Origin: Desulfatiglandales bacterium
GTDB taxonomy: Bacteria; Desulfobacterota; DSM-4660; Desulfatiglandales; Desulfatiglandaceae
DNA: 64,000 nt
Direction of reading: 5' to 3'
Assembly (NCBI GenBank): GCA_963662465.1
Contig: OY759599.1
Location: 4,032,001-4,096,000 of the forward strand
The notes under the pieces are model-generated. The model saw only the letters and a program-made list of their open reading frames with translations, was not told the DNA's origin and made no database searches. Numbering within the stretch: position 1 is the first letter of the stretch; each line of letters starts with the position of its first letter. This document shows, in pieces, positions 61,317 to 64,000 of this stretch. The position numbers and the translations under genes are program-made.

Positions 61317-62923
61317 ACCGGAAACGCACCTTTCTGATTGTCTTTATGCTGGTGTTTCCATGGGGCGGCAGCCTTTTCGGCGGACAATGCCCCCAGGAGA
61401 TGCCCCCCATGAACCCGGACCTTCACAAGTGCATGGTTAAGGCTGAAAAACTGATGGACCGGGGCCGGAACACGGAAGCCCTGACCCTGTTGGATTGTTA
61501 TGCTCGGGAAAACCCTTCTCAAAAACATCCTCATCCGGTTTTTGTCAGAGGACTTTTGAATTACCGGCTCAAACGGCTGAAAAAAGCAGAGGCCCTTTTC
61601 AAAACCGCCGTAGACCGTAACCCCTGCTTCGTTGAAGCCTGGCAAAACCTGGCGGTGGTGTACCATGACCAAAAACGACCAACCCGGGCCGCAAAATCAA
61701 TGGAACGGGTGCTGACCTTGTCAAAGGGTGAACAGCCGGATTTGAAATACCAGGCCGCCCTGTGCTGGCTGGCAGCGGACAAACCCGGAAAAGCCCTTCC
61801 CCTGCTTCAAGCCTTATCCCGGAAGAAATCGCCGCGTCCTGAATGGTTGACCAGTCTGGCGGAAGCCCAAAAAGCCCTTGGGCAGACGAAAAATGCGGCC
61901 ATGACCCTTGAAAAAGCCTACCGCAACGACCATGATCCTGAACGCCTTTACCAGGCAGCCCTGCTTGATTTGAAGGCGAAAGCGCCGGAAAAAGCGCTGC
62001 CTTCCCTGAAGAAACTGGCGGCAAGCCCCCACCCTGACGCTAAATGGATCATTCTTCTAGCGCTGACCTTAGACCAGCTGGACCACTGTTCCGAGGCCAT
62101 GGAGGTCATGGAAAGGACAGAGGTCAACAACCCGTCCCTGCCGGTTGAAATGCGCTTTCAGGTGGGGATCTTCTGGTTGAAGCGTGAGCGTCCCAAACAG
62201 GCCCTGCCCTGGCTCGAAGCTGTTTTTAAGGGTCCCAATCCCCCCGAAGGCGCCCGACGGGCTTATATCCGGGCACTGGTTTTGGCCGGAAAACCCCATC
62301 AGGCCGACCCCTTGCTTGGCGCCCTGTTAAAAGAAAACCCGGAGGACCATGGCATCTGGCGTCTTGCCGCATGGATATATATGGAACAGAAAGATTATCC
62401 CCGTGCCGCCGCCGCCCTCCACGTAGCCTATCGCCTTAATCCTCCGAACCCCGGCGAGTGGAAACGCCTGGGAGACCTGTATCAGCTTTCCGGCGTTCCC
62501 ATGAAGGCCGTCGACGCTTACGAAAAAGCCTTTGGTCCATCGCCGGGAGCAAGGGACCTGGATTTACTGGCCGAAACCTATATCGCGGCGAACCGGATGG
62601 AAAAGGCCCTTGCCGCGGCAGAGCGTGCCGTACGCTTGAAACCCACGGCGAAACGCTGGGCCAAAGTGGGAGACCTCTGCCTGAAATGCAGGGAGTGCCG
62701 CAAGGCAAAATCCGCCTTTCAACAGGCAGCGAAAATTAACGACAGGGGTGGGCTGATGAGCTTAAAGGAAGGATACGCCGCCTGGCAGTTGCAGGAGATG
62801 GCATGTGCGAAAAATGCCTTTCAAAAGGCGCTTCAGCACGCGGAGCCGAAAGGCGACACGGCTCTGAAAGCGTCCCATGCACTGGCGGCTATCCGGAAAA
62901 TCACGGATACAGCGCAAAATTGA
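61310..62923 (+). CDS. Exported TPR protein (copy 2)
   Basis: Paralog of 46324-47937. Confidence 0.85.
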   Translation: MVNRKRTFLIVFMLVFPWGGSLFGGQCPQEMPPMNPDLHKCMVKAEKLMDRGRNTEALTLLDCYARENPSQKHPHPVFVRGLLNYRLKRLKKAEALFKTAVDRNPCFVEAWQNLAVVYHDQKRPTRAAKSMERVLTLSKGEQPDLKYQAALCWLAADKPGKALPLLQALSRKKSPRPEWLTSLAEAQKALGQTKNAAMTLEKAYRNDHDPERLYQAALLDLKAKAPEKALPSLKKLAASPHPDAKWIILLALTLDQLDHCSEAMEVMERTEVNNPSLPVEMRFQVGIFWLKRERPKQALPWLEAVFKGPNPPEGARRAYIRALVLAGKPHQADPLLGALLKENPEDHGIWRLAAWIYMEQKDYPRAAAALHVAYRLNPPNPGEWKRLGDLYQLSGVPMKAVDAYEKAFGPSPGARDLDLLAETYIAANRMEKALAAAERAVRLKPTAKRWAKVGDLCLKCRECRKAKSAFQQAAKINDRGGLMSLKEGYAAWQLQEMACAKNAFQKALQHAEPKGDTALKASHALAAIRKITDTAQN

Positions 62924-63003
62924 GTTCGGTGGTATTTCATCTTCGTAAAACCGGTTGTGAGGGCATCCGTCCCACTTGATTACGGTATCTTTGGAAAAGG
63001 GAA

Positions 63004-64000
63004 ATGGCACGAGAAGAGCTTCAACGAGAATTCGGGCTGTCAACAGCCACCTATGTGGTCATCGCCAGTATGATCGGAACCGGGATTCTGGTTTCCCCCG
63101 GGTACATGATGGCGTCTCTCGGGAATTACCCCGTTATATTCGGGCTTTGGGCCATCGGCGGGTTGCTGGCCCTTTGCGGGGCACTTTGCGTGGCGGAATT
63201 GGCGGCCGCCCTGCCGCGGGCGGGTGGGGAGTACGTTTACCTTCGTGAAGCATACGGTCCCATGCCCGCTTTTCTCTCCGGTTGGACGTCTTTTTTTGTC
63301 GGTTTCTCAGCGCCCCTGGCTGTTGCCGGCTACGTTGCGGCTTCATACCTTTTGACGCCGTTTCAGTTCGCTAAAGACGAAACAGAACAAATGATCAAGG
63401 TGGTGGCCGTCGGCATTATCGTTGCAGTTACGTTGCCCAATCTCCTGGGTCACCGTCAGTCCGCCTAGACACAAAACCTCACGACAATTCTCAAGCTGGG
63501 TCTGTTTGTGGTTCTGGTGGCGGCCGCGTTTTTATGTGGCGATGGGCGCCTGGCGGCGCATATTTCACTGGGGCAGCCAATGGAAAAGGTGGGGCTGGAG
63601 ACTGCGGCAACACAGTTGTTCTATGTCATGTTTGCTTACAGCGGTTGGAACGCTGCCAGCTATATGGCCGGCGAGGTGAAAAATCCCGCGAAAACCCTCC
63701 CGCGGTCACTGCTTCTGGGCACCGGGGTTGTCATTGTGCTATATTTAGCGCTCAACCTTGTTTTTGCCTATGCGGTTCCTCTGGCCGGGGTGGGATTTGA
63801 CAATGCGGAACAGGTCCCCCAGATGGCCGTCCGAAATTTATTTGGCGTAAAGGCCGCGAGTGTTTTCAACGTTATGCTGGGATTGACGTTTCTGGCTACG
63901 GTGAACGCTTTCATTATCACCGGTCCCCGGATCTACTATGCCATGGCAAAAGATGGATTGTTCCCATCATTGGCGGGGCATGTCAGTCCCAAAGGGCGGG
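63004..64000 (+). pseudogene. APC-family amino acid permease with in-frame TAG at 63466-63468; runs off window end
   Basis: 'MIGTGI', 'GGEYVYL', then 'SA*TQNLTTILK...FAYSGWN...EVKNP', open to 64000. Confidence 0.75.

Noticed and set aside
1..64000. Alternative genetic code (general TGA reassignment)
   Set aside because: Many intact genes end normally in TGA; only two internal TGAs were found, both at Cys-type positions with hairpins
1..64000. tRNA or rRNA genes, including selC
   Set aside because: None recognised by eye; Sec machinery must be sought outside this window

Overview
Bacterial accessory region with a gene style typical of Desulfobacterota/deltaproteobacteria (inferred from content only). 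1-24 kb holds a TA pair, an OYE-type oxidoreductase and a three-gene signalling set, followed by a reciprocally decayed duplication of a flavodoxin + sensor-kinase locus that brackets about 10 kb of pseudogenes, a MITE, an IS remnant and exported proteins. 24-30 kb is a FecBCD/BtuFCD-type ABC operon containing a methyltransferase and a radical-SAM/substrate-binding fusion. 30-38 kb is an integron-type cassette array with 8 attC-like sites, no integrase in the window, and an IS in the first cassette. 38-64 kb holds a thiolase-fold + DUF35 pair, two TonB-dependent receptors each followed by a near-identical six-gene TonB energising operon, and an eroding CbiMQO-type Co/Ni transporter. The main result is that two genes split in the ORF track are single reading frames broken by an in-frame TGA followed by a SECIS-like hairpin, so both are candidate selenoproteins: an outer-membrane TonB-dependent receptor with a C-P-U motif in its FRAP/NPNL-equivalent loop, and an Ltp2-like thiolase-fold enzyme with U at the thiolase nucleophile position. 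The Sec receptor heads an operon with a signal-peptide-bearing tetrapyrrole-methylase homolog and an exported nucleoside-hydrolase/FmdE fusion, a candidate periplasmic metal/corrinoid salvage system. All family calls are by motif recognition; no searches were run.
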